64,000 nt of DNA, from the NCBI RefSeq assembly GCF_001194135.2, contig NC_068989.1, forward strand, positions 41,429,586-41,493,585. Direction: 5' to 3'. The notes under the pieces are model-generated. The model did not search any database and was not told the DNA's origin. It saw only the letters and a list, made by a program, of their open reading frames with translations. The stretch's first letter is position 1; each line of letters opens with the position of its first letter. This DNA is from Octopus bimaculoides (Eukaryota). A program made the translations under genes and the position numbers. This document shows, one piece after another, positions 26,901-39,984 of the stretch.

Positions 26901-27122
26901 CTTCTGATGAAAGAACAAGACAAACTATTGATTCGAAAATTTATTCATCTGCGAAACATCATCCAAAAATTGAAATGCACAATGGAGAAACCATTTTCAA
27001 CCTCTGACATCAATGATGTTGTTTCCTTTGAGAACTTGAGTTCTTCTTTATCACAAATCTCTCTGCAAGAAGATATATTTGATGATGTGGCTTTCCAGGT
27101 TATGGATGACCTTCAAGAGTGA
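26901..27122 (+). CDS. FAM167: FAM167-like protein, coding exon 2 (terminal)
   Basis: Acceptor tactttcctcttctttgcag|CTT, phase 0. The joined sequence ALKWIQQEM|LLMKEQDKLLIRKFIHLRNIIQKLK matches my recollection of the FAM167 motif ALEWLRKELxEMRxQDQQLARQLMRLRxDINKLK. TGA at 27120-27122. Confidence 0.78.
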   Translation, partial: LLMKEQDKLLIRKFIHLRNIIQKLKCTMEKPFSTSDINDVVSFENLSSSLSQISLQEDIFDDVAFQVMDDLQE

Positions 27123-28419
27123 ACAATGTCACATGCAACATTTCCATATACAAGCAATGTTAGAGTTCTACAGACACCAAACTGGAAGAGAGAGAGGAAT
27201 TTGACAGATATGGTGATGGTACAATGGAAATATTCCAATCTGGTAATGTCTGACTCTGATTATAGACAGTGGCCATACTGGAGTACTGCCATCAGGAATT
27301 AATTGTAGATTTTGGCTAAGTTGAACTTTATAGTGTAAAAGGATAAAATTTGCATGGAACATTCTCACAAAATATTTTGTTTTGATGCAACAATTTATCA
27401 AGAATCCCTTGGCAATATACACACTCCCCCACCACACACACACACAAACACACAAGCTTCTGCATAGGTTTCTCATCTATTAAATTTCCCTCACCGCACC
27501 ATGGTAGAAGGCATTTACCAAAGTACCAAACAAGGAATCAAACCTGGATTAACATCACTGTGCAGCAAACATTTTACCTGTATAACCATTCCTACACCCA
27601 TGGACCCAGGGACAGGAGGTGCAAGGGGTGCAAGTGCACCTCCTAAAATTTTTGTCGGGTGCAAAATTTAAATTTGTACCCCTTTTAACTCTTGTCAGGT
27701 TTATAAAGCAGTGCATAAAAATTGATTTGTAATATGTCTCTTAGAGTTAGTTTTCTTCTCAAAGAACAAAGAACAAAAAGAAATTTTTTTTAAATGTAAT
27801 AAGACTTTGTAAGAATTTTGGACATGGGTTTGCACCCACTAAACAAATTTCGTTCCCAAGCCAGTACCTACATCCACATATATGTGTGTGTGTAAGAAGT
27901 AAAAGGGATTAATAAATACAGACAGATATCTATAAAGCATTCAGTGTTAAACAAATTTGGTTGACTATACCTAACAATCAGATACTAATTAGTGCAAGTA
28001 AAATTAACATCCAAGATAATTTCAAGAAATTCGAAGAATGAGACTTCACTGGTATTTAATACCTTTTACTGTATCTAAATATGCTGGCACCATAGAAACA
28101 ATCATTGGTAATGTATGGTGTAATCACCAATTAAAGATGTGATTTTCTCCATTCTTATTCTTGTTATATGTATATACGAGGGGATGCTGAAAAGTTCGTG
28201 GCTTTGGGTAAAAGAAATACAGGAGGATCAGTTAATTATGATTATATCTAACATATCCCCCTCTCAGATTTACACACTTATTGCAGTAGTCCTTCAGTTT
28301 TTTTAAACCCTGTAAAAGAACTTGGAAGGTTTGGCCTCAAACCAAGCCTTTCACGATACCCTTAAAGCCAGGATCTTTTCAGCACCCCCTCGCATATATC
28401 ATCATTTTACACCCCTTTC

Positions 28420-29330
28420 TCCATGCTTGAATGGATTGGATGGGTCCTTTTCAATTTAGCACCTCATCACTTGCTCGAGCTCTTTGTCATCTTCTTTGTA
28501 AGGGTCATTCTCTTGAGATTAACTTTCACCTGTTCTTTCCGTGTCGTTCTTGGTCTTCCCACTACATTACACCATGATACTCCTTATACAATAACATGTC
28601 TGTACCAGCTCAGTCTTTTCTCTTGGTCATCTGATTTCTCTTATACTCAGTTTTTTTTCTCTCTGCTTCTTTCTTCTTGATCAATCATATACTTCTTACT
28701 TTGGCATATGTCACCATATTTAATGCCCATGTTTTGTTCACTTGTGACATTTCAGTCTGTACACAGGCATCTGCTAGCAGAAACAATAATTTCCTGAACT
28801 TTTTCCTCTCAGCTTTTAGTCGGGTTACAATGCCTTCCAAACAACCTCTTTCATTGTAATAAAGTCACTTCAGTAACGAACCCTATCATTTACATCTAAA
28901 GGTCCTTCTAAATATTTACAAGAATTTATTATAACAAGTGCTTTTATTGCTAACAACTCTTGTGCATCTGCTTCAAAATCCTTCTTCCCTCTCAGCTTAT
29001 ATGTGATCCCACTGTATCTCATGTAAGTAAGTAAAATCCCTAGTTACTGACTGGAAGGGGAAGCTGTCTTTTCAACCAATATGCTGCTGGATAATGGATT
29101 CTGATGATGATGTTATTCCACACTTTCTAATTCATGGCACTGGCCTTAACATGCTCAAGGTCGAGGTATTGTGACTTCAGATCTTCTTCAATTTGTTTCG
29201 CCCATGTCTTCTTGGTGTACAGTGCTGGATTCTCCAGAGCAAAGATCACTGCCACCACAAAAGTTGGTGAGGTAATCTTCCCAAGGCTCATCCTGCAGAT
29301 GTAGCTGAACAACAGTTTACATAGATTATG
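28420..29330 (-). mobile_element. Decayed LINE (RTE-like) 3' fragments
   Basis: Minus-strand remnants RLSWYRHV...VGRPRTT.KEQVK and KKTWAKQIEEDLK resemble RTE ORF C-termini. Confidence 0.5.
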
Positions 29331-31089
29331 CCATATGGCATTCTTTCCTTTTCTACTTATCAAGAATGACCATTTCCCAGATGGTAACAGAATCTTGACA
29401 TCTTTTCTGTCATCTAAAACTTTTATTTTTGTTAAATTTGCTTCAAGATATCTTGATTATAGGTTTTGAATCAACATTAGGAATTTCTCTAATTCTTCAA
29501 CAGATTCAACGCTATCTAAACTGAAGCAAACCAAAGAACTTAATATATCAACTGGGTGGCAACTTCTTTTTTCTGTAGTTTACACACAAATAATAAAACT
29601 GAGAATTCTGACACAATCTATTACTGAAAGGTTCATCAAGCAGTCTTAACAGATTAGTCTTAGCACCACTAATGAGTTAATAGATTGGAGATAACACTAT
29701 TAATGTCTATACTGAAGTATATCTTATCTGATCAGTCTTAACACCACTAATATCTTACCTGATCAGTCATAACACCACCATCATAACTGACCAGTCATAG
29801 TACAACTAATGTCATAACAGATCAACACCAATATATCAATATTAATAGCAGCATTTTGTCTGTCCTGAGTTCAAATTCTGCTGAGGTCGACTTTGTTTTT
29901 CATCTTTTCAGGGTTAATAAAATAAATACCAGCTGAAAACTGGGGTCCACATGTAATCAACTAACCCCCTTCCCCGAAATTGCTGGCTTTGTGCCAAAAT
30001 TTGAAGCCAATATTAATGTCTTAACTAATCACTTACATCACCCCAGTGCTTAAACTGTACTGCTGTTTTAACTGATCATAGCCCACCATTGTCTTAATTG
30101 ATCAGTTATTGCAGCACCAATGTCTTAACTGTTATGATGTTTTTACAAATATTTATAGTACTATCAAATGTCCTAACTGATTAGCACATCCTTATTGTGT
30201 CTATTGTTATACACTGTCCCAAGAACATTAGTAATTTTGTTAAACAAAGTGAATCAGCTTTAATTGAACCGCTACTTTGGTTCATTAGGTTTCATTATCT
30301 CGTAACTCGACAATACTCACCATTAAGTGTGTATAAACATTTTATTAGTGGCATGCAGAACAACTTCCTGTTTTATTTTTCTTGATAATGGGAATTTTTA
30401 ACCAACAAACAAACCAATAAATAAACAAAAAGAAATAATAAATAGTACTCTATAATATTTTGATTTGAAATACCAAATAACCGNNNNNNNNNNNNNNNNN
30501 NNNNNNNNNNNNNNNNNNNNNNNNNNNNNNNNNNNNNNNNNNNNNNNNNNNNNNNNNNNNNNNNNNNNNNNNNNNNNNNNNNNNNNNNNNNNNNNNNNNN
30601 NNNNNNNNNNNNNNNNNNNNNNNNNNNNNNNNNNNNNNNNNNNNNNNNNNNNNNNNNNNNNNNNNNNNNNNNNNNNNNNNNNNNNNNNNNNNNNNNNNNN
30701 NNNNNNNNNNNNNNNNNNNNNNNNNNNNNNNNNNNNNNNNNNNNNNNNNNNNNNNNNNNNNNNNNNNNNNNNNNNNNNNNNNNNNNNNNNNNNNNNNNNN
30801 NNNNNNNNNNNNNNNNNNNNNNNAAATTATAAAAATAATAAAAAAATATACAGTGCTGTTTCTACTTTGTGGATTTTCACCCATCGTGGCGGGGTTATGG
30901 AATATTCAAGGGATTACTATATTTGTATTTTGCTTGTTTTATTGTTTTATATCTATAAGCTCCAAAGACATTTTGAGATGAGTTTAATAGGGTAGTTGCT
31001 GGTGGAAACAATGAATCAGCCAGAGGTGTTGGTTGACCATATGAATGTTGTGGGAGGAAGCAATGAGATTGGTGGCTGTGGAAGGAAGG

Positions 31090-31450
31090 AAAGATCCAGC
31101 TTGTGTCACAAATAGCTTGTCAACCCAGTCCAGCTCCCAACCTTCACATAACAGAAATGTTCTTTAGTAATGAGAGAAGGGGCAAAGGCAGATGGGGGCT
31201 CATCATTCCTGGCCAACTGCTCACCTAGGATAAGGAAAACTCTGACTTTAAACCTCTACTACTTTGCAGCTACACTCAGCTAAGGGAAAAGCTATGAGGG
31301 TTGACCCAGAGAAGCAATCCAGAGCTGGAGTCCCTAAAGTGGACAATGATGAGGACTTCGCCAATCTATTGGTTGGCGCCTCCAACAGCCGGAGAGGCCA
31401 CCATTCATAATGATCTTCATACCAGTTAAGCCTGACATCCAAGGTCAAGA
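31090..31450 (+). mobile_element. Possible LINE 5'-leader fragment
   Basis: ctcacctaggataaggaaaactctgactttaaacctc...ggagtccctaa resembles, from memory, leader sequences of RTE-type elements. No ORF. Confidence 0.35.
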
Positions 31451-31774
31451 GATTGGAACTGCTTCTGTTCTAAGGTTTTCCCTCTATAGTATTTTCATGC
31501 ACACATCTGTTGACTTCCTTGGACTTGAGAAACTGCCACTATTATTATTATTATCCATATTTCCATATCAATATGACTAATTCAGATGTTTTCCTATTGT
31601 TTGAATACTTGTTTTGATACTTGTATGATCCCTTCCTACAGCTAACCTCAACTGTGAAATCCTGATTAGCTCAGTTTGGACACATCTTTAGCACATTGTA
31701 GCTGCTATTTATGGTCAACATTACTGCCAGTTCATTCAAGTGGTGATGACATGGAATATTAACATTCACATATA

Positions 31775-31820
<46 letters not shown>

Positions 31821-32689
31821 AACATACATACATAATATGGATCTGCACAATTTCTATCAAATTCCCTCATGAGGCATTAATTGTCCAGGGATTCTAGTAA
31901 AGGCCAACCAAGGTGCCATGCAGTGGGTCTGAAACCACACAGCTATACCTGCACTTATGTATTGGCATTAGGAAGGGCATCCAGCCATAGAAAGCATGCT
32001 ACAACAGACAATTGGAGTCTGGACACCTCCAATCCAATTAGCCAAGTCATGCCAGCATGGAAAACAGATGTTAAATGATGATGATGATGATATATACATA
32101 TATATACATACACACACACACACACATAAACACATTTCTTTCTATATATGTAGGTATGTATATGTATAAAGGCACAAATATGGCTATAATTATCTGTGTG
32201 GTGAGGAAGCTTGCACCTTAACTATGTAGTCTAAGGTTCAATCTGAAAAGACTTCACAAATTATTTATTCAGAGTTTCATGTAACCAATCATCAAACAGT
32301 CATGAGTATTTAGAAAACAACGCAATGGTTTATAAGTATTTGTCTTTTGCACAATTTTTACCTCCAAAGCGTTGTAGTGGTTTGAAGCTATGGTAGAAGA
32401 CCCTTACCTGAAGTACTGCTAAGCGCGATCAAACCAGGAACCAGCTCATTATAAAGCAAAGTTCTTAACCATACAGCCATGCTTATACCATCTGTGAAAT
32501 ATACCATAAGTCAAAATTTTGTACTTTTGCTGATGACTTTTGGCAACTTGTACCATCATGTCTATCATTAATTTGATACAACTTGTCCAATCGTTGCTGA
32601 ATTGTTTCATTCTTTACTTTTATATAAAATAAACAAACATTAATTGTGTATTCTTTATTTTCATATATAACATATAAACATTAATTATT

Positions 32690-33775
32690 TATGCTTTATT
32701 TTACAGCTTTAATAAAGAGTGGTGAAAAAAAATTGCAAAGCTATTTTATGCTATCTATGAAAAAAAAAAGGACTGAGTGCAAGTGCAGCAGCAAAAGAAA
32801 TTGTTGATGTGGAAGGTCCAGAAAGTGTTAATGAATGTGTAGCACAAAACTGATTCAGATACTTCAAGGAAGGTGATACCAGCTTTGTAGACAAACCAAA
32901 GTCAGGGAGACTTTGTGGAAGATGATGCCTTGCTTGAAATGGCTGAACAACAGCCAAGCACAAGCATTTGTACCTTGTCAGCAGAGTTTTTCCCTTCACA
33001 AAGCATCATCAATTGGCATTTTCATTAGCTTGGCCTCGTGAACAGATGCTGTTGAGAAGTTCCTCATAAACTGCCCAGTGACTAGGCTCAATAACATGTG
33101 AACATTTGTAAACAACTGCTGGCAGACCCTCAAGATGCCCATTTTTGATGTTGAATTGTAACTAGGGATGAAAAATAGATCTATTTTCTTAATCCTAATA
33201 AAAGAAATCAGTGGTTTCTTTCTAACTAGGCTTCAGAACCTGTTATCAAACAAGATTAGTTTGAACAGAAGGTCATGTTGAATGTTTGGTAAAATTTTGA
33301 GTGGGTGTTGCACTTCAAGCTAGTCCCAGATGGTCATGCTGTGAATACTAACCTTTAGGCTCAACAACTGGGATGAGTATATATGATGCTTTGAAAGCCT
33401 GTTACCCAGCATTGGTCAATCAAAGACACACCCTCCTACAGCATGACAATGTCCCTGCACACACTGCCAATGTGACCAAGTGCAAACTTGAGGTACTTGA
33501 GAGGCTAGAAGTGCTGCCTTACCCTGTCTACAGTCCAGTACTTGCACCATCAGAGTACCATATTTTCTGAGCCATGGCTCATTTCCTGCACAGGCAGAGG
33601 TTCAAAAATGCGGAGATTGAAAAGAGGTGCAGGGAGTTTTTTTGCCTCTAAACCAGCCAAATGGTATAAGTGTGGAATTGAGCTCTGGCACAATGATAGT
33701 AACAGACAATAGCATATAATGGGGGTATATTTTGATGAATAAACGCCTTTCAAGCATAATTTGTTTGAAATATTA
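32690..33775 (+). pseudogene. Mariner transposase pseudogene
   Basis: GLSASAAAKEIVDVEG...FRYFKEGDTSFVDKPKSGR, IVTRDEK and LLQHDNVPAH...YSPVLAPSEYHIF motifs across frameshifts. Confidence 0.88.
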
Positions 33776-33813
33776 ATCAAAGCAAAGGTAGCAAGCTGGC
33801 AGAAACATTAGCA

Positions 33814-34082
33814 CAGGGGTTTTCAAACTGTGGTCTGCAGACCACAGGGGGTCCGCAAGGACAAGACAGGGGGTCCATAGACAGCAAATGCTTTTTATGG
33901 GCAATTTGATTTTATATATGTTTTATAATCGAAATCTTTTAATTGACAATAAACCTATTTGTTAAATACTGTTAAATAAATAAATGTAAAAATATATGTT
34001 ATTTTAAGTAAATATTTATGTATAAATAGGTAAAGCCTGAAATATAAAGGGGTCCGCAAGTCAAAAAGTTTGAAAACCCCTG
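33814..34082. mobile_element. hAT MITE, second copy of the 8197-8493 family in opposite orientation, inserted into a SINE
   Basis: Same TIRs; perfect TSD cattagca at 33806-33813 and 34083-34090. Removing it restores ctggcagaaacattagca|tgccaggcaaactgcttag of the host SINE (~33787-34275). Confidence 0.92.
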
Positions 34083-34893
34083 CATTAGCATGCCAGGCAA
34101 ACTGCTTAGTGGTATTTTGTCCTTCTTTACATTCTGAGTTTAAATGTCACCGTGGTTGACTTTGCCTTTCATTCTTTTGGGGTCGATAAAATAGGTACCA
34201 GCTGAGCACTGAGGTCAATGTAATTGACTTAACTCATCTCCTGAAATTGCTGGCCTTGTGTCAAAATTTGAAATCAATATCAATTACAGCTTGAAATACA
34301 GAAAAACTTTTGACTCAGCTTTGTATAATATCTATGTCTGAGGGTTTGTAAATTCTGTCTGTATGTACAATCCCCTGAAGTAGTTGACATATTTGTGTGT
34401 AACCATTAAATATTTACCACTTCAAAGGCTGGAAACATTTGAGTTAGTGGCTCTGAATTGTAAACCATGAAGACTCCAGAAATTAAAAGAAAGAAAAGTC
34501 AACAAAGGAACAAAGAACAACAGAGAAATTGTATTGGGTTAGGTTAGGTTTTAATTTGAGCTCTTTTAATTCTTCTCCCTTTGAACAAAGAATCGTAGCA
34601 ATTTTTTTTTCCCCCCTTTTTTTAATAATAAAATAAAAACTGAAAAACAATAAAATTTCCATCAAACCTCTTTGGAGATGATATTTTCAGTAAAGCTATG
34701 TGGCCTCAATTATTCAAAGGAGAAAAAAAGAAAAAATAACAGAGAGTAAATAAAAGAAAATGAAATGAAACAAAAAGTGTTTCATTTGAAGCAGCGAAGA
34801 TGAAGTTGATTGCGAAAATGTCAAAAGTGCAGTATGTGTGGACTGATAATTCCCAGTAGCTTCAATTATAGGCAATTTCCTTGAGAAAGGGTG

Positions 34894-35068
34894 CTACTGC
34901 TTGCTTTTAGCAAGAAGAACAATGTTTTCAGGTGTCATCGTGGCGTCAATGTATTCCTTCATTTTCACATCTAAATTCTTCTCCTTCAGATAAAGTAATC
35001 TTCCATAGTCAATAAGTTGTTTGCATTTCTGGCCAATTAACTCTCGTTGTTCTATTGGAATATTGAAG
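34894..35068 (-). CDS. TRMT13: TRMT13 terminal exon
   Basis: cag|C TTC...; FNIPIEQRELIGQKCKQLIDYGRLLYL...MTPENIVLLA..TAG matches the TRM13 C-terminal IG..CK.LID.GR..YL / TPEN..L motifs; phase 2. Confidence 0.95.
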
Positions 35069-36355
35069 CTGTTGATGATTAAATAGAAACACATACAAAT
35101 ATGAGAGGGTGTGTGATAGAGGGGGAGGGAGGGAGAGAGTGAGTGAAAGAAAGAGGGAGAGTGAGAGGATAAATGGGTGAGGAGCAGGGGAATATAAGAA
35201 GGGGGAAAACGGATGAGTGACAGAGAGAGAGAGAGAGAATGAAAGTTAAGAGACAAGGAGAGTGAGAGGATGAATGGGTGAGGGACAAAGGAATATAAGA
35301 GAGGGGGAAGAGGATGTGTGACAGTGACAGAAAAAGAGTGTGAAAGAAAGAGGGAGGGAGGGAAAGGATAAAGGGTGAGGGACAGGGGACATGAGAGAGA
35401 GAGAAAGAAGATGAATGACAATGAGAAAGAGGGAGAGAAATTGTGTGTGTGAGGGAAGGAAGAGCAACAGAGAGATAGAGAGAGACAGACAGACAGAAAG
35501 AGAGAGAGACAGGTAGACAGAAAGAGAGAGAGAGAGACAGGTAGACAGACAGACAGAGATACTAACTTTATTACCATATTTTCCTCTCTGTTCTATATAT
35601 GCACAATCACTATTTCCTGTATCGTTTTATTCTTGAGACAAAATGATTTGATAAATTAGCTGGTGGATTATCAACACACAGATTGTGAGTTTTAATCCAG
35701 TGCAGATGTATCTGTCTACCTGGACTGACACTTTATTATTCAACAGTCACCCAGTCCACCTAAGTACCAGAAATAGGTACTCAATCACCAAGGAATGTTA
35801 TCTATAACAGATCAACATTCTAAATTGTCTCAGTTCATCTAACTGTCAGAAATAGATACCAGATAATATGGGAATGTTACCTGTGACAGACCAACATGAT
35901 ATACTGTGTCAGTTCAACTAACTGTTAGCAACAGGTAACAGAGAGTGTTGTCTGTCACACAAAGGGGTGCTGAAAAGTTCCTGGCTTTGGGTAAAAGAAT
36001 ATACAGAAGGATCAGTTATATTATGAGTTTATTCAATATATTCCTCTCTCAGACTCATACACTTATTGTAGTGGTCCTTCCATTTTGCTAAGCCCTGTAA
36101 AAGAACTCAGAAGGTTGAGCTTCCAACCAGGTCTTTTGTGATACCCTTAAAGCTAGGAACTTTTCGGTACCACTTGTGAAATTATCCCTCATCCACATCA
36201 TACCTTGAACCTGGAGCTATACTCTGGCTTTTAAAGGCTTATTCGACTAAAGAACCTTTACATACTCTGTTTTTCTCTCTTCCATATCCATTCCCACATA
36301 CACTCAAATTTAGACACACACACACACACACACAGTGCAGTAGAAAATAACCTAC

Positions 36356-36497
36356 TTTGCTCTGACATCAACCTCAGCCACACTGTGTTCTTCTTTTTCT
36401 TCCTCTTCTATCTTCAACCTCTTTGACATTTTTGGATCTGTGTCATTTGGTTCCATGTTGTCTAAGGTTTCCTTTAGACATACATGTTCATCTTCAT
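36356..36497 (-). CDS. TRMT13: TRMT13 exon (acidic, poorly conserved linker)
   Basis: tttcag|AT...AA|gtaggt; DEDEHVCLKETLDNMEP...EEEEKEEHSVAEVDVRA; phases 1 and 2 fit both neighbours. Confidence 0.8.
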
Positions 36498-36786
36498 CTG
36501 AAACATTGAAGTTCAAGGAATGAACATGGCATATTTATCACACAAAGACTCAATAGCAATGTGGTTCACATGCTAAACAACTCAGCACAAACAGATAACT
36601 TCACATCTTACTAAATCTATTCAGTCATGTCTCTAATACAGGCATCTAGTCTAACTTTTCTTGCTAGAATTTGTCTCTAATGTGCCAAATTAGATCTGGC
36701 AATCAAGTGATATAAAATCAACAAGGCCGGGTTTGCTTCAGGGAATTTGTCAAGAGCATTCTTTTCTATGGAGCCAAAACCTAGGC

Positions 36787-37039
36787 TAGTGATTCTAAAC
36801 CAGTGTCCAAATGACACTTGGGGGTCCATATAAGATTTTGCTGTTAAAAACTATGCCCAATAAATCAGTTATACTTCTACAATTCACAAAATATTTCAAC
36901 ATTTTTTTATAAAATTCCTACAAATGTTTAATTATAAAATTTGATGGGGTTTGTTTAAACTTCAAAAAACTATGGGGGTCCAATAGAGTAAAATAGGAAT
37001 TGAAAGGGTTCACAGGCAAAAAATGGTTAAGTACCACTG
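36787..37039. mobile_element. hAT-type MITE family 2 (second copy 38990-39250)
   Basis: TIR-like (c/t)agtg(g/a)ttct(c/a)aacc / ggtt(g/a)ag(a/t)a(a/c)cact(g/a); imperfect 8-bp flanks (agttagag/tgctagag at the second copy). Confidence 0.65.
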
Positions 37040-37895
37040 ACCTACTGACCTAGACAATGAAGAAAAAGCTTCAAGACCACCTTAATGGTACAAACACCAC
37101 CAGATTTCTCTTAAAGTTCTAGTACGGTTGAATAATTAATGAGTTCTTTTCAAGACCATGTAGTTCTGGGTTTGGTCCTACTGCATGGTACCATGGATAG
37201 TGTCTTCTGCCATAGTCTCAAGTTAATCCAATGCCCCATGAGAGGAACATGAAATGGAAACTGCACAAGCATAGTTGTGTGGATAAGAAGTTTGCTTCCC
37301 AACCACATGGTTTTGAGTTCAGTCCCAGTATATAGCACCATGAGTAAATGTGTTCTACTATAGCCCTGGCTTGACCAAAGCCTTGTGAGTGGATTTGGTA
37401 GTTGGAAACTGAAAGAATCACATTGTATGTACAGAAAACAGGAACCAATTATGTGTTAAGGTTCAGTATAATTTCATCATATAAATCATCTTCTATTGTA
37501 TATTTCATAAAAATTCAACATAAGATGAATTTATCCACACAAATAGCTAAAACAAGGTGCATACTGGATGGGATAGTATAAGAATATATGGATAAAAAAA
37601 CATATTGTGCAAAATTTGCTTCTGTCTGGTTAAAAGTAATCAGTTAGGGAATTTTTTTTTGTAAAACACCAGAAGGGGGAAAGTTATATAATGCCATTCA
37701 GTGAAAGGGACTACTGAGCTATAAAAGTTTGAGAACCACTGATGTAGAAGATGGTGCCCCAGCATGGCCACAGTCCAATGGACTGGAGTCCATAAAAGGA
37801 GGAAAGAATAACATAACATTCTATACATTAAGATATATATAAGATATATTAAATATAGATGAGGTGGGAGGTAAGATGTTAGGTGAAATTTTTAC

Positions 37896-38098
37896 CATTG
37901 TTCTTGGTAGCTGTTTCTGCTCCAGGGGTTTGTGTTTCTCTCCATCCTTTCCATACACATGTTGCCCAACTTGACATGCTAGTCATTAGTTGAAAGTCAG
38001 CTCCAGTCAGACCAACATCTTTGAAAAACTTCTTGCCAGTATAGGCGACCCATGTACAGCGGTGGTGGCAACATGTTGCTAAGACAATTCCAGCAAGT
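37896..38098 (-). CDS. TRMT13: TRMT13 exon
   Basis: ttgtag|A CTT...G|gtaaaa; LAGIVLATCCHHRCTWVAYTGKKFF...FQLMTSMSSWATC contains the TRM13 CCHH and SWAT motifs. Confidence 0.96.
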
Positions 38099-38189
38099 CT
38101 ACAATGAAGAAGATATTGAAGAATTTTAAGAATATGGAATGGTTAAAGTCAAGTCAATATATCATGATGATGATCATCATCATCATCAT

Positions 38190-38640
38190 CAGTAGCAGCA
38201 TAATTTAACATCTGTTTTTCATGTTGGCATGGGTTGAATGGTTTGGCTGGAAAGGCCAGGATCCACACCATGCTCCATTGTTTGTTCTGATATGGTTTCT
38301 ATGGCTGGACACCTTTCCTTATACCAGCCACTCCACAGAGTTACTGAGTGCTTTTTATGTGACACCAGCACCAGTATCAATTCTGCTGTGACAGACGGAT
38401 CTCCTTGAGTATAGCAAGGTGCCAGATATCTCAGTCCTCTGTCATCTCCTTTGTAAGGCTCAGTGTCTGGAGATCAGCCTTCGATATATTGTTGCATGTC
38501 TTCTCAGGTTTCCCTCTTCCACATGTTCCATCCACTTTAATTGATTGGCACTTCTGTATGCGAGCGTCTACAGCCACATGCAGTGTGCAACTATCTACAT
38601 TAAGAGACACAGGCATGGTTATGTGATAAGATGTTCATTT
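38190..38640 (-). mobile_element. 5'-truncated RTE LINE 3' end with (GAT)n tail
   Basis: VDGTCGRGKPEKTCNNISKADLQTLSLTKEMTED runs into taaaaagcac...aggaaaggtgtccagcc...gatgatgatg. Confidence 0.7.
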
Positions 38641-39302
38641 TGGAACCATGTTGTTAAGGGTTTGTTCCCACTGTGTGGACATTATCACTGGTGTTTGCTA
38701 TTATCAACACAGGTTGACCAATGCCATGACATACAAAATTGGTCGATGTCAAGCCACTGAGCTGATCATTGTCTGAAGGACTTGGAGAAATTGTAACTTA
38801 CTTAGAAATAGCTGCAGGTTAGTAACAGGATGCTCATCTGACATAGAAAAATCTGCTTCAACAAAGTTTTGCCTGACCCAAACCAGCATGTGGATGTTAA
38901 AATGATAATGATGATGAAGACGATGATGAAGAGATGATGGAGAATAGGAACAGATAAAAGTCTAATAAGGCTAAAAATAACAGTTAGAGCAGTGGTTCTC
39001 AACCTGGGTCCAAATGGTCCTTGAGGTCCACATGTCCATATAAGATTTTGTTGTCAAAATTTATCAGCAATAAATTGGTTATACTTCAACAATACACGAA
39101 ACATTTTAAGAATTTTTTTTAGATACAATTACTAATAATATTTAATCATAAGAATACGTTTTTTTTTAAACACTGAATGGCTAGGAGGGTCCATCTAAAT
39201 ACAATAGGAATCAAAGGGATCTATAGGTAAAAAATGGTTGAGAAACACTATGCTAGAGTAAGGGCTGAGTAGTTGAGCTATGTAGGGGGTTAGATAGGGA
39301 CG

Positions 39303-39605
39303 CCAGTTAACTATTGGGGGTAGTTAGTTAGGTCAGAGAGCTAGGTAGTGGGTTAGGTAGGGACTGTGTAGAGGAGTGATAGACACTGGACAGAGGATTG
39401 GCTAGGGAATAGATAAAGGCTAGATTGGTGTGAGTTGCCACCAGTTAACTATTGGAGGTAGTTAGTTAGGTCAGAGAGCTAGGTAGTGGGTTAGGTAGGG
39501 ACTGTGTAGAGGAGTGATAGACACTGGACAGAGGATTGGTTAGGGAATAGATAAAGGCTAGATTGGTGTGAGTTGACACCAGTTAACTATTGGGGGTAGT
39601 TAGTG
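39303..39605. repeat. 138-bp tandem duplication (~2.2 copies, near-identical)
   Basis: ccagttaactattgg starts at 39303, 39441 and 39579. Confidence 0.93.
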
Positions 39606-39920
39606 AGTTGCCAGTTAATTAAGAAGAGTAGCCACTAGTTAATTAAGGAAGGTAAACACTAATAAATTACTAAGATCAGTTAGTTCTCAGTTGATTAATG
39701 AGAGTAACCATGAGTTAATTACTGAAGATAGTCACTAATTAACTAGCAATGGTAGCCACTAGTTAATTATTGAAGGTAGTGTAGCCTTCAGGTAATTAAT
39801 GAGAGTAGTCACAGCCTAATTAATGAGGTTGAACATATATGTATGTGATGAAGGTCTATTTATTTTAACACACACTGTCCAAGGGACATGATGGTATCAT
39901 TACAAGGAATAAATACATAC

Positions 39921-39984
39921 GAGAACTTATTTTCAGATTCTTTTCCATTTTCTCTTGATTCAGTCAGACATCTCAAAGCAAAAT
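39921..39984 (-). CDS. TRMT13: TRMT13 exon
   Basis: ctctag|AT TTT GCT TTG AGA TGT; completes GAGT-D-FALRCL; donor gtatgt (an in-frame alternative gttctc donor lies 6 nt earlier). Confidence 0.9.

Noticed and set aside
38800-38870. Possible extra TRMT13 exon ending in a gtaagt donor
   Set aside because: Exons 39921-39984 and 37896-38098 already join in frame with the expected motif spacing; no good acceptor.
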